Notes under the pieces: model-generated
Told to the model about the DNA's origin: nothing
The model's input: the letters and a program-made list of their open reading frames with translations, nothing else
Databases searched by the model: none
Part shown: positions 18,407-28,261 of the stretch, piece after piece
Layout: each line of letters starts with the position of its first letter
Position numbering within the stretch: the stretch's first letter is position 1
Translations under genes and position numbers: made by a program
Origin: Truepera sp.
GTDB taxonomy: Bacteria; Deinococcota; Deinococci; Deinococcales; Trueperaceae
Assembly (NCBI GenBank): GCA_965218435.1
Contig: CBDCKW010000009.1
Coordinates: 2,784,001 to 2,848,000, forward strand
Direction of reading: 5' to 3'
Length of the DNA: 64,000 nt

Positions 18407-19183
18407 ATGTCAACAGATACCGCAACCACAAAAACCAAGATCGCCATCATCACCGGCGGCAGCCGGGGGCTCGGCCGCAACACTGTACTCAGTCTCGCAG
18501 GGCGCGGCGTCAACTCGATTTTTACCTATAACTCGAGCCGCTCGGAAGCCGAAGCGGTCGTCGCAGAGGCGGAGAAAGCCGGAGTCAAGGCTGCCTCCCT
18601 ACACCTCGACACGGGCGAGGTCGGGACGTTTGCTAGTTTCGCCCAAAGTGTCCGCTCGGTCCTAGCCGAGATGGGGGCCGAGCGTTTTGATTATCTCGTC
18701 AACAACGCCGGTATTTCGGACCACACGCCGTTTAGTGAAGTGACCGAGGAGCTGCTGGACCGCGTATACAGCGTTAATTTCAAGGGCGTGTTCTTTTTGA
18801 CGCAGAAGCTCCTGCCCCTCATAAATGACGGTGGCCGGATTGTAAATCTCTCGTCGTGTGTGACCCGGTTTGTGAACCCGAACAGCTCTACTTATGCGTC
18901 TATGAAGGGTGCGCTCGAGGTGTTGACACGCTACCTTGCGTATGACCTCGGCCCACGTGGGATTACAGTCAACACGGTTGCTCCGGGTGCGATTGCGACG
19001 GACTTTAGCGGCGGCGTGGTAAGGGACAATCCAGAGGTGAACAAGCTGGTTGCGGGTAGCACTGCGCTCGGCCGCGCGGGTTTGCCTGATGACGTCGGGC
19101 CGATGATCGCCTCGCTGCTCTCCGACGATAACCACTGGGTCAACGCCCAACGCATCGAAGTTTCCGGCGGCATGATTCCTTGA
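18407..19183 (+). CDS. SDR family oxidoreductase
   Basis: TGGSRGLG, NNAG, YASMK; SD AAGGAGG. Confidence 0.93.
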   Translation: MSTDTATTKTKIAIITGGSRGLGRNTVLSLAGRGVNSIFTYNSSRSEAEAVVAEAEKAGVKAASLHLDTGEVGTFASFAQSVRSVLAEMGAERFDYLVNNAGISDHTPFSEVTEELLDRVYSVNFKGVFFLTQKLLPLINDGGRIVNLSSCVTRFVNPNSSTYASMKGALEVLTRYLAYDLGPRGITVNTVAPGAIATDFSGGVVRDNPEVNKLVAGSTALGRAGLPDDVGPMIASLLSDDNHWVNAQRIEVSGGMIP

Positions 19184-19393
19184 GGCAGCCCAAAAAACTA
19201 ACTTTTCAGCCCGCCCTCCTGCACGGAAGGCGACATTAGTGAGTACATAACCTGTACAGCAGCCGGTGCTCGCTTTAGAGAGCTCAGTAGCGGCAAGTCG
19301 GGTGTCGCGAGTTCAGCTGAGCTAGCATAGCTGCTGAAAGGACCGCATAGGCATAGCAGGGGTCACGAGCGAGAGGTTAGGGGATTAGGCAAG

Positions 19394-20311
19394 TTGGATA
19401 CGTTGTTACAAGCCGTCACGCGCTTTGCTGCAGCGCAGGTTGGAGAAAGTCCCTTCTTGACGGCCATCAGAGAACTTGGAATCTTACGGGTTCAGTACGC
19501 GAAACGGTCGTCACACATGATCTTTAAGCCGGTTTTGTGTATGGTCGTTCAGGGCGCTAAGTGTAGCATGTTCGGCTCCGAGCGGTTCGAGTACAGAGCA
19601 GGCCAAGCTTTGGTGGTCAACGTTGAGCTGCCGGCCTTTAGTCAGGTCACAGAGGCCAGTCCGAGCAAACCGTATCTCGCCGTCGCCCTCGAGTTTGACT
19701 TGGCCTTGATGCAGAACGTTTTAGAAAGTCTGGAAACGCCGCCGAAAGCCGACAGTGATGTGGGTCGGGGGGTCTTCGTAACTGACGTTGAAGGACCGCT
19801 TGCGGACTGTATGCTTCGCTTAGTCCGGCTACTCGAGACGCCCCAAGCGATTTCGACAATCTATCCTCTGATTGTGCGCGAACTTTACTACTGGCTCCTA
19901 ACCGGGCCACACGGCGGTCAGATTGCCAAGCTGACCTTAGCCGGTAGCCACGCGCAGCGCATACTCAGCGCCGTCCACACGCTACGCGAACGCTTCGCCG
20001 AGCCGGTCAGAGTCGAGGAGTTGGCCGCTACTGCGCGCCTAAGCCCGTCGGCGTTTCACCGCCAATTCAAAGCCCTGACGTCGCTGACGCCGCTGCAATA
20101 TCAAAAGCAACTCCGTTTGCTAGAGGCGCGTCGCCTGATGGTGTCAGACGCCATGAACGCCGAGCTGACCGCGTATGCGGTCGGGTACGAAAGCCCGTCG
20201 CAGTTTAGTCGTGAATATTCTCGGATGTTCGGGAGTGCGCCGCAGCGGGATGTTGCCGCCTTACGCGCCGAATGGCGTGAAGCCGCAAACCAGCAGTTAA
20301 GCCCTTTTTAG
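19394..20311 (+). CDS. AraC family regulator (YqhC-like N-terminal domain)
   Basis: VQGAK, ELYYWLL, SPSAFHRQFK...PLQYQK, VGYESPSQFSREY. Confidence 0.9.
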   Translation: MDTLLQAVTRFAAAQVGESPFLTAIRELGILRVQYAKRSSHMIFKPVLCMVVQGAKCSMFGSERFEYRAGQALVVNVELPAFSQVTEASPSKPYLAVALEFDLALMQNVLESLETPPKADSDVGRGVFVTDVEGPLADCMLRLVRLLETPQAISTIYPLIVRELYYWLLTGPHGGQIAKLTLAGSHAQRILSAVHTLRERFAEPVRVEELAATARLSPSAFHRQFKALTSLTPLQYQKQLRLLEARRLMVSDAMNAELTAYAVGYESPSQFSREYSRMFGSAPQRDVAALRAEWREAANQQLSPF

Positions 20312-20621
20312 GCGTGGTGGGGCGGTATAGGGCTGAGCCCGGACTGCAAGAGTTCTATTCTACAAGAGTTCTAATCTAAGGGACACGTGACATCCGTTCG
20401 CCGATCAACCGGTTCAAGTGCCGCTGCCTATCGTTTGGAGCAAAGCGAAGTAAGTCAGGTCTTCAAAATTATGTCCTTAGCTGTTTTGTTACGCAGTTTA
20501 CTGTAGGGCAAACCGGACACCACCGCGGTAGTGGCTCGAGCCGCAACATTTTTACCCACCAGCCAGTTTGGTCTTCTGGAGACAAGCCCGTGCTCAGCCG
20601 CCGACTGCTAAACTAAGCACC

Positions 20622-22217
20622 ATGACAACCGCCACGCCCACCGTACCTGCGGTGCTGATGCAAGACATCGTCAAGCGTTTTCCGCTGGTTTTAGCTAACG
20701 ACCAGGTGGACTTTGAAGTCGCGTGGGGCGAGGTTCACGCGCTGATCGGCGAAAACGGCGCGGGCAAATCTACGCTGATGAAGATTTTGGGCGGCGTCCA
20801 ACAACCCGACGAGGGCGCAATTTTAGTTGACGGTCAACCCGTAGAGATTAAGAGTGCGAAAGACGCCTTTGGCCTCGGCATCGGGATGGTCCACCAGCAC
20901 TTTATGCTTGTTGAGCCCTTGAGCGTCACCGAAAACCTGATCTTAGGCGCGGAACCGCACACCGGCCCGACGCTCAATGTGCGTGAGGCGCGGCGTAAAG
21001 CGCAAGCATTGATCAACCAATTCGGCTTTGATATTGATCCAAACAGCAAGATTGAAGACCTGCCGGTCGGGTTACAACAACAAGTCGAAATCTTAAAAAC
21101 GCTCTACCGGGGCGCACGTATCTTGATTATGGACGAGCCGACCGCAGTACTCACACCACAAGAGACGCGGGGACTCTTCGCCTTTGTCCGTGAGTTTGCG
21201 GCCGCCGGAAACGCCGTGATTTTTATCTCGCATAAGCTCGAGGAAGTTGTCCAAATCTGTGACCGGATGAGCGTGATGCGTGACGGCAAGATGATCGGCA
21301 CGGTGACGCGTGAAAGGACGAGTCAGCGCGAGCTGGCGAACATGATGGTCGGCCGTGAGGTGCTCTTAAGTGCGGAGAAAACACCTGCCAAACCTCAGGG
21401 GGTGAGGCTCGAGGTCGAACATGTCACCCTCCGGCAGGTGGGGCGGCAAAAACCCCTCTTAAACGACATCTCGTTTACGCTCCGGGCCGGTGAAATTTTA
21501 GGCATCGCCGGGATTGAAGGCAACGGTCAGTCCGAACTCGTCGAGAGTTTGACCGGGCTCCGCGCCGTCAATGAGGGCAGCATCCGCTTAGACGGACAAG
21601 ACTTAGCGGGGCGGAGTGCGCGCGAGGTCCGTGAGGCCGGGATGTCGCACATCCCCGAAGACCGCCTCGAGCGCGGGCTCGTCGGGGAGTACAGCGCGGC
21701 CTTAAACAGCGTATTGGGGGACGTTTATAGGGCACCGTACAGCCGCTACGGGTTTTTGCAAGAGGGCGCGATCGAAAGGCACGCCGAAAGGTGCATCCGC
21801 GATTTTGATGTGCGGCCCACTTCGACCGAGGTCAGTGCGCTCAGCTATTCGGGTGGCAACGCTCAAAAACTGATCGTCGCCCGGGAGCTCTCCTCAAACC
21901 CCAAACTGCTCATCGCCTCACAACCGACGCGTGGGGTCGACATCGGCGCAATCGAGTTTATTCACGGACGGATTATCCAAGCGAGGGACGAGGGTCTGGC
22001 AGTTTTGCTCGTCTCCGCCGACCTCAACGAAGTGATGAGTTTGTCCGACCGGATTATCGTGCTCTTTGAAGGCCGAGTGATGGGCGAACTCTTCCAAGCC
22101 GAAGCGACGGCTGAGACACTCGGGTTGATGATGGCCGGGTCAATAGATAACACTGCGGACGCGGGCGCAGTCAGGGTCTATAGTGCGGGGCTCGAGACCC
22201 CTCCCGGTACACTGTAA
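20622..22217 (+). CDS. Nucleoside/sugar ABC transporter ATPase (two ABC domains), stand-alone
   Basis: [38 protein letters not shown]; leaderless TGcTAAACT 7 nt before ATG 20622. Confidence 0.92.
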   Translation: MTTATPTVPAVLMQDIVKRFPLVLANDQVDFEVAWGEVHALIGENGAGKSTLMKILGGVQQPDEGAILVDGQPVEIKSAKDAFGLGIGMVHQHFMLVEPLSVTENLILGAEPHTGPTLNVREARRKAQALINQFGFDIDPNSKIEDLPVGLQQQVEILKTLYRGARILIMDEPTAVLTPQETRGLFAFVREFAAAGNAVIFISHKLEEVVQICDRMSVMRDGKMIGTVTRERTSQRELANMMVGREVLLSAEKTPAKPQGVRLEVEHVTLRQVGRQKPLLNDISFTLRAGEILGIAGIEGNGQSELVESLTGLRAVNEGSIRLDGQDLAGRSAREVREAGMSHIPEDRLERGLVGEYSAALNSVLGDVYRAPYSRYGFLQEGAIERHAERCIRDFDVRPTSTEVSALSYSGGNAQKLIVARELSSNPKLLIASQPTRGVDIGAIEFIHGRIIQARDEGLAVLLVSADLNEVMSLSDRIIVLFEGRVMGELFQAEATAETLGLMMAGSIDNTADAGAVRVYSAGLETPPGTL

Positions 22218-22351
22218 TCACCGTAAACCGCGAAACAGCGCCGCAAACAGCAGGCCGAGCAGGGTGCTGCGTCATCCTAAACATGAGAAAACGTTCAGAA
22301 ACTGTGTAAGGAGGCGTACACGTCACCGTTTTTGCAGGTATAAATGAAAGT

Positions 22352-24193
22352 GTGAGCGCATTCTCCCCCCTGACCTATTTGGACGGCTACCTCCCTACCG
22401 AAGACTTTGGCCTCATCGGTGACTTGTCAACGGCGGCTTTGGTCGGGCGTGACGGCAGCATCCCGTGGCTCTGTCTGCCACACTTCGATTCGCCGCCGGT
22501 TTTTTGCGGCATTTTAGATAAAGATAAAGGCGGCAGTTTTTCGGTCGCCCCCGAAGGTTTAGAGTCGTCGCGACAGTTTTATATCGAAGACAGTGGGGTC
22601 TTAGTGACCGAGCTGCGCTGCGCGGGCGGTACGGTCAGCGTGACCGACGCACTGACGCTGCGGCTGGGGGCGGATATTGCCGAAGGGACGCCCGCCGAGC
22701 GAAGCGAACTTTTACGGTGTATCAGGGTGCTTACCGGGAAGGTGACGCTCAGGGTCAGCTGTGCGCCGCGGGGCGGCGCAGAAGGGATAGCGCGTAGTGG
22801 GGGGCTACAGCTTAAACTTCACGAACGCCCTGAACTCACCTTACATTTGCAAGCCTCGAGGCCACTCACCGGTCTATCCTCGAGCTATACCCTGCATGAA
22901 GGCGAAGAGCTGCACCTGCAGCTTACCTGGGGGAGACCGCCGCAACGCCATCAACCGGTCCATCCGGAAGAGATTTTGGCGAGCACGGTCGCGTCGTGGC
23001 GGCGCTGGCTCGGCTGCTTCGATTATGACGGGCCAAGGGCCGAGTTAGTTCGCCGCTCGGCGATTACCCTCAAGCTTCTAGATTACAGCCGCTCAGGAGC
23101 CATCGTCGCCGCGCCCACCTCGTCGCTACCTGAGAAAATTGGCGGCGAACGCAACTGGGACTACCGCTACGCCTGGGTACGCGACGCGGCCTTTTCGGTC
23201 TACGCGCTCCGGCAGGTCGGTATCACCCGAGAAGCGTGGGCGTTTTTAGGTTGGGTGCTAGACGCTTTGGAGCGTCACGGCGGCCCAAAAATCCTCTTTA
23301 CGATTGACGGCGAACTGCCGCCCAGCGAGGTGACTGACGGGGCGTTAAGCGGCTACCGCAACTCAGCGCCGGTGCGCTGGTATAACGGCGCAGCCGAACA
23401 AGTGCAGCACGACGTTTACGGCGAGATTATTGACTGCGCCTACCTCTGGGCGCTCGGCGGCGGCACGATTGACGCGCCCTTGTGGGAGCAGCTACATAAA
23501 CTGATTGAACGTGCCCGCGACGCGTGGCGTGAACCCGACCAGGGCATCTGGGAGGTGCGCTCTAACGGGCGGCAGTTTACCTATTCGGTGGCGATGTGCC
23601 AAGTCGCGCTCGACCGGGGCGCGAAGCTCGCCGAACGTTACAACCTCCCCGGCGACATTGACGGCTGGCGCGCCGACGCCAAACTTATCCGAGAGACGAT
23701 TTTAGACGAGGCTTGGGACGAAGCGCAGGGTTCGTTTACCGAACATATCGGCTCGGACGGTGGGATTGACGCCTCGCTTTTGGCGTTGCCGCTGCGCCGC
23801 GTGATTGACGCAGATCACCCGAAGATGAAAGCGACCACCGAGGTCATCGCTAAGCATTTGGGTGCAAAAGGTGCTTACGGAAACGGTCTCTTGTACCGCT
23901 ATTTGCCCGCTGAATCCCCGGACGGGTTAAACGGCGACGAGGGCGCGTTCGTCTTGCCGTCGTTTTGGCTGGTTGATAACTTAGCCGACCAAGGACGCTT
24001 TGATGAAGCCGAGGCGCTGTTTCACTCGCTTTGTGACCGGGCCAACCACGTGGGGCTGCTAGCTGAAGAGATCGACCCCGACTCGGGACGGTTTTTAGGC
24101 AATTTCCCACAAGCCTTTTCACATATCGGCGTGATTACCAGCGCGACCAACCTAGTCAAAAGGAAGAGAGAGTACCGTGACCAAAGTCATTGA
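22352..24193 (+). CDS. Glycoside hydrolase family 15 (trehalase/glucoamylase-like)
   Basis: AAPTSSLPE, RNWDYRYAWVRD, GIWEVR, GLLAEE, GNFPQAFSH. Confidence 0.92.
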   Translation: MSAFSPLTYLDGYLPTEDFGLIGDLSTAALVGRDGSIPWLCLPHFDSPPVFCGILDKDKGGSFSVAPEGLESSRQFYIEDSGVLVTELRCAGGTVSVTDALTLRLGADIAEGTPAERSELLRCIRVLTGKVTLRVSCAPRGGAEGIARSGGLQLKLHERPELTLHLQASRPLTGLSSSYTLHEGEELHLQLTWGRPPQRHQPVHPEEILASTVASWRRWLGCFDYDGPRAELVRRSAITLKLLDYSRSGAIVAAPTSSLPEKIGGERNWDYRYAWVRDAAFSVYALRQVGITREAWAFLGWVLDALERHGGPKILFTIDGELPPSEVTDGALSGYRNSAPVRWYNGAAEQVQHDVYGEIIDCAYLWALGGGTIDAPLWEQLHKLIERARDAWREPDQGIWEVRSNGRQFTYSVAMCQVALDRGAKLAERYNLPGDIDGWRADAKLIRETILDEAWDEAQGSFTEHIGSDGGIDASLLALPLRRVIDADHPKMKATTEVIAKHLGAKGAYGNGLLYRYLPAESPDGLNGDEGAFVLPSFWLVDNLADQGRFDEAEALFHSLCDRANHVGLLAEEIDPDSGRFLGNFPQAFSHIGVITSATNLVKRKREYRDQSH

Positions 24194-25592
24194 ACAGGCC
24201 AAAGAAGAAGCTAACAAGACGCTGCTAAATAGATTTGCGATTTTAGGCGCAGCGGGTGACCTGACCTCGAGACTCCTCATGCCCGCGCTCGCCAACTTGC
24301 TGAAAGACGGTCTTTTACCGGACGACTTTACCGTCGTCGGGATGGGGCTCGAGCCTCTCACCACGGGCGACTTTCGAAAGCACATCGCCGAAACGCTCGC
24401 CGACTTTGCCGCCCCGGTCCCCGAGGCCGTGCGGCAAAAACTGGTCGGCATGCTCGGCTACGTCCAGGGCGACGTTACGGACGCAGCGGCACTTAAAAAA
24501 GCACTTAAACCTGAAGTGGGGCCACTCGTCGTGTATTTGGCGCTACCCGCGCCGGTGTTTGAACCTGCAGTGAAGGCCGTTGCCGCCGCTGGCGTCGGCC
24601 AAGACAGCCGGATCGTGATCGAAAAACCGCACGGTACCGACCTCGAGGGGACCCAAGCGTTAGACGCCCTCTTGAGCAAGACCTATACCGAGGATTCAGT
24701 TTTTAGAATTGATCACTTTTTAGGCAAACAGACCGTGCAAAACGTGCTCGGACTCCGCTTTGCCAACCGCCTGTTTGAACCGCTCTGGACGGGTGAACAC
24801 ATCGAGCGCGTGGATATTATCTGGGATGAAGAGCTGACGCTCGAGGGCCGCGCGAGCTACTACGACCGCGCCGGGGCGCTGCGCGACATGCTGCAAAACC
24901 ACCTCTTGCAAATTTTATGCATGATCGCGATGGAACCCCCCGCCTCACTAGGTGAACGCGACCTGCGCGACGCTAAAGTCGAAGTTCTGAAAAACGTTCG
25001 TGACCTCTCCCCCAACGATGTCAAACGCCAGACCGTCCGGGCACGCTACACCGCCGGTACCATCGGCGACCGCCAGGTGCCCTCATACGTTGACGAGGAG
25101 GGCGTTCAACCGGAGCGGGGCACCGAAACGTTCGCGCAGATCACGCTGCATATTGACACCTGGCGTTGGGGCGGCGTCCCGTTTGTGCTCAGATCAGGTA
25201 AGGCGCTCGGCGACACCTGCCAAGAAGCTGCCATCACCTTTCGCAAAGTTCCCGCGCTGAGCATGTGGCACCACTCTCACCCCCGGCAAAATATCTTACG
25301 GCTGCGGCTGCGGCCCGACGAACTGAGTTTAGACCTCAACCTAAATGGCGCGGGCGACCCCTTCGTTTTGGAACCCGCCGAACTCGACCTTAAACTGGCT
25401 CCACAAGAGATGGGGGCGTACGCCCGGCTGCTCCTAGACATTTTAGAGGGCGACAACACGCTCTCGATTCGCGCCGACGAAGCCGAAGAAGCGTGGCGGA
25501 TTATGACGCCCATTTTAGAGGCGTGGCGAGCAAACGAAGTGCCGATGCAGGAGTATGCAGCAGGGAGCGAGTTCGAGCCGAAAACGGTCTAG
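24177..25592 (+). CDS. zwf: Glucose-6-phosphate dehydrogenase
   Basis: GAAGDL, IEKP, RIDHFLGK, RDMLQNHL, RWGGVPF.LRSGK. Confidence 0.93.
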   Translation: MTKVIEQAKEEANKTLLNRFAILGAAGDLTSRLLMPALANLLKDGLLPDDFTVVGMGLEPLTTGDFRKHIAETLADFAAPVPEAVRQKLVGMLGYVQGDVTDAAALKKALKPEVGPLVVYLALPAPVFEPAVKAVAAAGVGQDSRIVIEKPHGTDLEGTQALDALLSKTYTEDSVFRIDHFLGKQTVQNVLGLRFANRLFEPLWTGEHIERVDIIWDEELTLEGRASYYDRAGALRDMLQNHLLQILCMIAMEPPASLGERDLRDAKVEVLKNVRDLSPNDVKRQTVRARYTAGTIGDRQVPSYVDEEGVQPERGTETFAQITLHIDTWRWGGVPFVLRSGKALGDTCQEAAITFRKVPALSMWHHSHPRQNILRLRLRPDELSLDLNLNGAGDPFVLEPAELDLKLAPQEMGAYARLLLDILEGDNTLSIRADEAEEAWRIMTPILEAWRANEVPMQEYAAGSEFEPKTV

Positions 25593-25651
25593 CGTGAACG
25601 TATACGCCGACCTACTGCAAGCTTCGACCACATCTCTATTAGGAACGGAAC

Positions 25652-26129
25652 ATGGGTGTCAAAAACTACTTAATCGAAGGCGTTTCCGGCACCGGCAAAA
25701 CCTCTGTCTGCGACGAGCTGAGGCGGCGCGGCTACCACGCCGTTCACGGCGACAGGGAGTTGCGATCCAAAAACCGGTGAGCCCTTGGACGGCTCTGCTC
25801 ACGAGCATCATCTCTGGGACGCCTATAAGGTCAGGGCTTTGGTGGCTGACCAAAGTTATGCGGCATCGTTCTTTTGCGGCGGTTCCAGGAATTTCGACCG
25901 TTTCATAGGTCTATTCGATGGAGTTTTCGTTCTCGAGGTTGACCTGGACACGTTGAACCGGCGTCTTGCCGTCCGACCTGAAGACGAGTGGGGCGGACGA
26001 GAGAGCGAACGGGAATTCATCACGCGGTTACATGCGACGAAAGAAGATATTCCAAAGAACGCAATCATGATTGACGCTACGGCACCCCTTTCACGCGTCG
26101 TCAACGCAATTCTTGAAAATGCCAGCTAG
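25652..26129 (+). pseudogene. P-loop (nucleoside-kinase-like) gene split by a frameshift near 25763
   Basis: Frame 1 reads MGVKNYLIEGVSGTGKTSV...HGDREL and stops at 25778. The continuation DPKTGEPLDGSAHEHHLWD... is in another frame up to 26129. Confidence 0.75.
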
Positions 26130-26281
26130 ATATCACTTTAAGAACCGCGAACGCGGAAGACCTTAACGTGAACTTTGAGTACAGTCAGCGGACGATAAGA
26201 GAGGTTTTGTCGCTTACTATACGCCCTTCGGTCCGGCACACGGGACAGTTAGCGGCGCTACCAGCACGTTAAAATGCAAGA

Positions 26282-26836
26282 GTGACCCGAGAATCCCGCC
26301 TGACCCCTTTATTCGTAACGCTTGGACTGCTCACCTTATGCCTCGGCGCGTGTGCGCCGACCGTTACGCCTAGCGCCGCACACCTCACCTTCGATCCCGT
26401 AAGAGCGTTTGCGGGCCGTAGCCACGGCAACGGCACACTCGAGGTCATTTTTCAGGTGCCGCAGCCCTTTCACGTTGAAAGCCGCGGGTTTACCCAAGCT
26501 GACGGTACTTTTCGCCTCGAGCAGACGGTCAAGTTTGCCGGAAAGCCGCCGCAACAACGGTACTGGCTGCTCAAAAAAGTTTCACCGACCGACTACGCAG
26601 GCACGCTGAGTGACGCGGCGGGTCCGGTTGAGGGCCGGACAGCAGGGCCACAACTGAGTCTCGTCTACCCACTTCCGGGAGACCTCACCATGCACCAAAC
26701 CCTGACGTTAGAACCCGGCGGCAAGGTCATTGATAACGTTGGGCGGATTACGTTTTTGGGAATACAAGTTGGTTACTTGCATGAGACGATCGAGCGCAAG
26801 CACGCACTCAGGCAAGCTGTCTCAAGCAAGTTGTAA
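26282..26836 (+). CDS. Lipoprotein, DUF3833-like
   Basis: Lipobox LGAC; beta-rich body; leaderless TAAAAT 6 nt before GTG. Confidence 0.7.
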   Translation: MTRESRLTPLFVTLGLLTLCLGACAPTVTPSAAHLTFDPVRAFAGRSHGNGTLEVIFQVPQPFHVESRGFTQADGTFRLEQTVKFAGKPPQQRYWLLKKVSPTDYAGTLSDAAGPVEGRTAGPQLSLVYPLPGDLTMHQTLTLEPGGKVIDNVGRITFLGIQVGYLHETIERKHALRQAVSSKL

Positions 26837-26863
26837 TCGGGTGAACCCTTACCTAGGAGAGTT

Positions 26864-27238
26864 GTGATTTACGCCGAGCTTTTACAAGCCGCCAACTTCG
26901 ACGCCTGGGAATCTGTGCAGCGTGCGTTAGACAAAATGCCTGACGACCCGCCTGAACGTGCGCAGTGGCTCGAGCAGCATATCTTAGCGACAAAGCTCGA
27001 GTACGCCGCGCTCATCACCCAAGCCCTCTCTTGGCCTAGTCCACCTGAAAACTTGAGCCGAGACCTTTCTGCGCTGATGACCTGGGAAGTCGAAGAAGTC
27101 GCGGCGTTGACCCCGGACAACCTCGAGGTAGAACTTCAGTACGGCCAAAGGAAGATGACGATTGGCGAAGTCGTGTCGCTCAACATCCGCCATTCAGTCT
27201 GGCACGCAGGACAGCTCGCGGCGGTACTTGCAAGTTAG
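26864..27238 (+). CDS. DinB/YfiT-like four-helix protein
   Basis: His residues in EQH and RHSVWHAGQL; SD AGGAG. Confidence 0.7.
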   Translation: MIYAELLQAANFDAWESVQRALDKMPDDPPERAQWLEQHILATKLEYAALITQALSWPSPPENLSRDLSALMTWEVEEVAALTPDNLEVELQYGQRKMTIGEVVSLNIRHSVWHAGQLAAVLAS

Positions 27239-28074
27239 CGTGTCCAGTTGCCCAAGTCATCTTTGACGTAACCCCAACTCGTCAGCTTACGCGCCGCCTC
27301 ACCGCTGAGCCAAGCACCAAAATTTTTTATAAAGTCTGTAGCAGGGCCGGTTTCTGGATTGACGGCCAACGTCAGGGCGCGGTACATCTGCGGGGCCTGC
27401 TCGGGATAGTGCTCCGCAAAGCTCTCATAGCAGAGGTAGAGGTCGCGGGTATAACGCTGTTCGTCAAGCATGACAAGCTCCATCCCCAACCGTAAAAACC
27501 GCCGCAGCAACCAGGCGATAAACGCAGGTCTGTCCGCTTCCGGCTCAGCTGCGTAGTCGTCCGTAAATTGTTTTAGGTGACGCTCAAAATACCTGGTTTG
27601 GATGGCAATCTCCGGGCTCAGCTTGTAAGGGTCTACGCTCTCAATAAGGCTCTTGCCGTAAACACACGCCGCCTCTGTTTTAAGGATAAAGGTGTAGGGA
27701 TTGTCTCTGTCTTGAATGTTCTGGAAGGACTCGAGGCCAACCTCAACCCCGGCAACGAAGGGGAAAGCCTTTTGCATATCTTGCTCGATCTTCTCCGCCC
27801 AGACGCCGAACTCGTCATAAGAAGCCGTTTGCGCCTCGCCCGGCCTCAGCACTGCAAAGCTGTCAATATCCGACACGCCTTTGGCGGCTAAGCCTTTAGG
27901 GAGGGAGCCGCGAACGTAGATGCTGTGAATGTTGCTCCAGCTTTGCAGATAAGCGTTGACAAGCTGCGCGACTGCCGAGCGCCAAGCACCGGTGATATTC
28001 GCAGCGTCGGCGCGACTCTGTAGATAACCGTGCGCGTCAACTTCCAGGTAGCTGCCGATACGTTTAATTTGGAT
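27235..28074 (-). CDS. Nucleotidyltransferase-domain protein with no canonical start (ATC at 28074) or an interrupted 5' end
   Basis: The frame stays open 66 codons upstream of the track start and contains HSIYVRGS...G.SDID; SD GAGGAG lies 6 nt before ATC. Confidence 0.7.
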   Translation of the reverse strand: MQIKRIGSYLEVDAHGYLQSRADAANITGAWRSAVAQLVNAYLQSWSNIHSIYVRGSLPKGLAAKGVSDIDSFAVLRPGEAQTASYDEFGVWAEKIEQDMQKAFPFVAGVEVGLESFQNIQDRDNPYTFILKTEAACVYGKSLIESVDPYKLSPEIAIQTRYFERHLKQFTDDYAAEPEADRPAFIAWLLRRFLRLGMELVMLDEQRYTRDLYLCYESFAEHYPEQAPQMYRALTLAVNPETGPATDFIKNFGAWLSGEAARKLTSWGYVKDDLGNWTR

Positions 28075-28261
28075 AGAGGTCTCCTCGAAGAGTGCTCGAG
28101 CTCACAGGCTCTTTTTTGAGTGTCTAGCCCCGTACCACCGATTATTGTCGTCAAGACGCGGGAGATTCATAAGCTGAACTATAGCATTTAGATATATGCA
28201 GGGCAACTGCTATTGTCGAACAGCTAGCTGGCTCAAAATCACAGGTGAACCAAGTTCGTTT

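Noticed and set aside
10912..20311. ssrA-integrated genomic island containing the TCS cluster
   Set aside because: The cluster lies on the 5' side of ssrA; no integrase or att duplication; composition is native.
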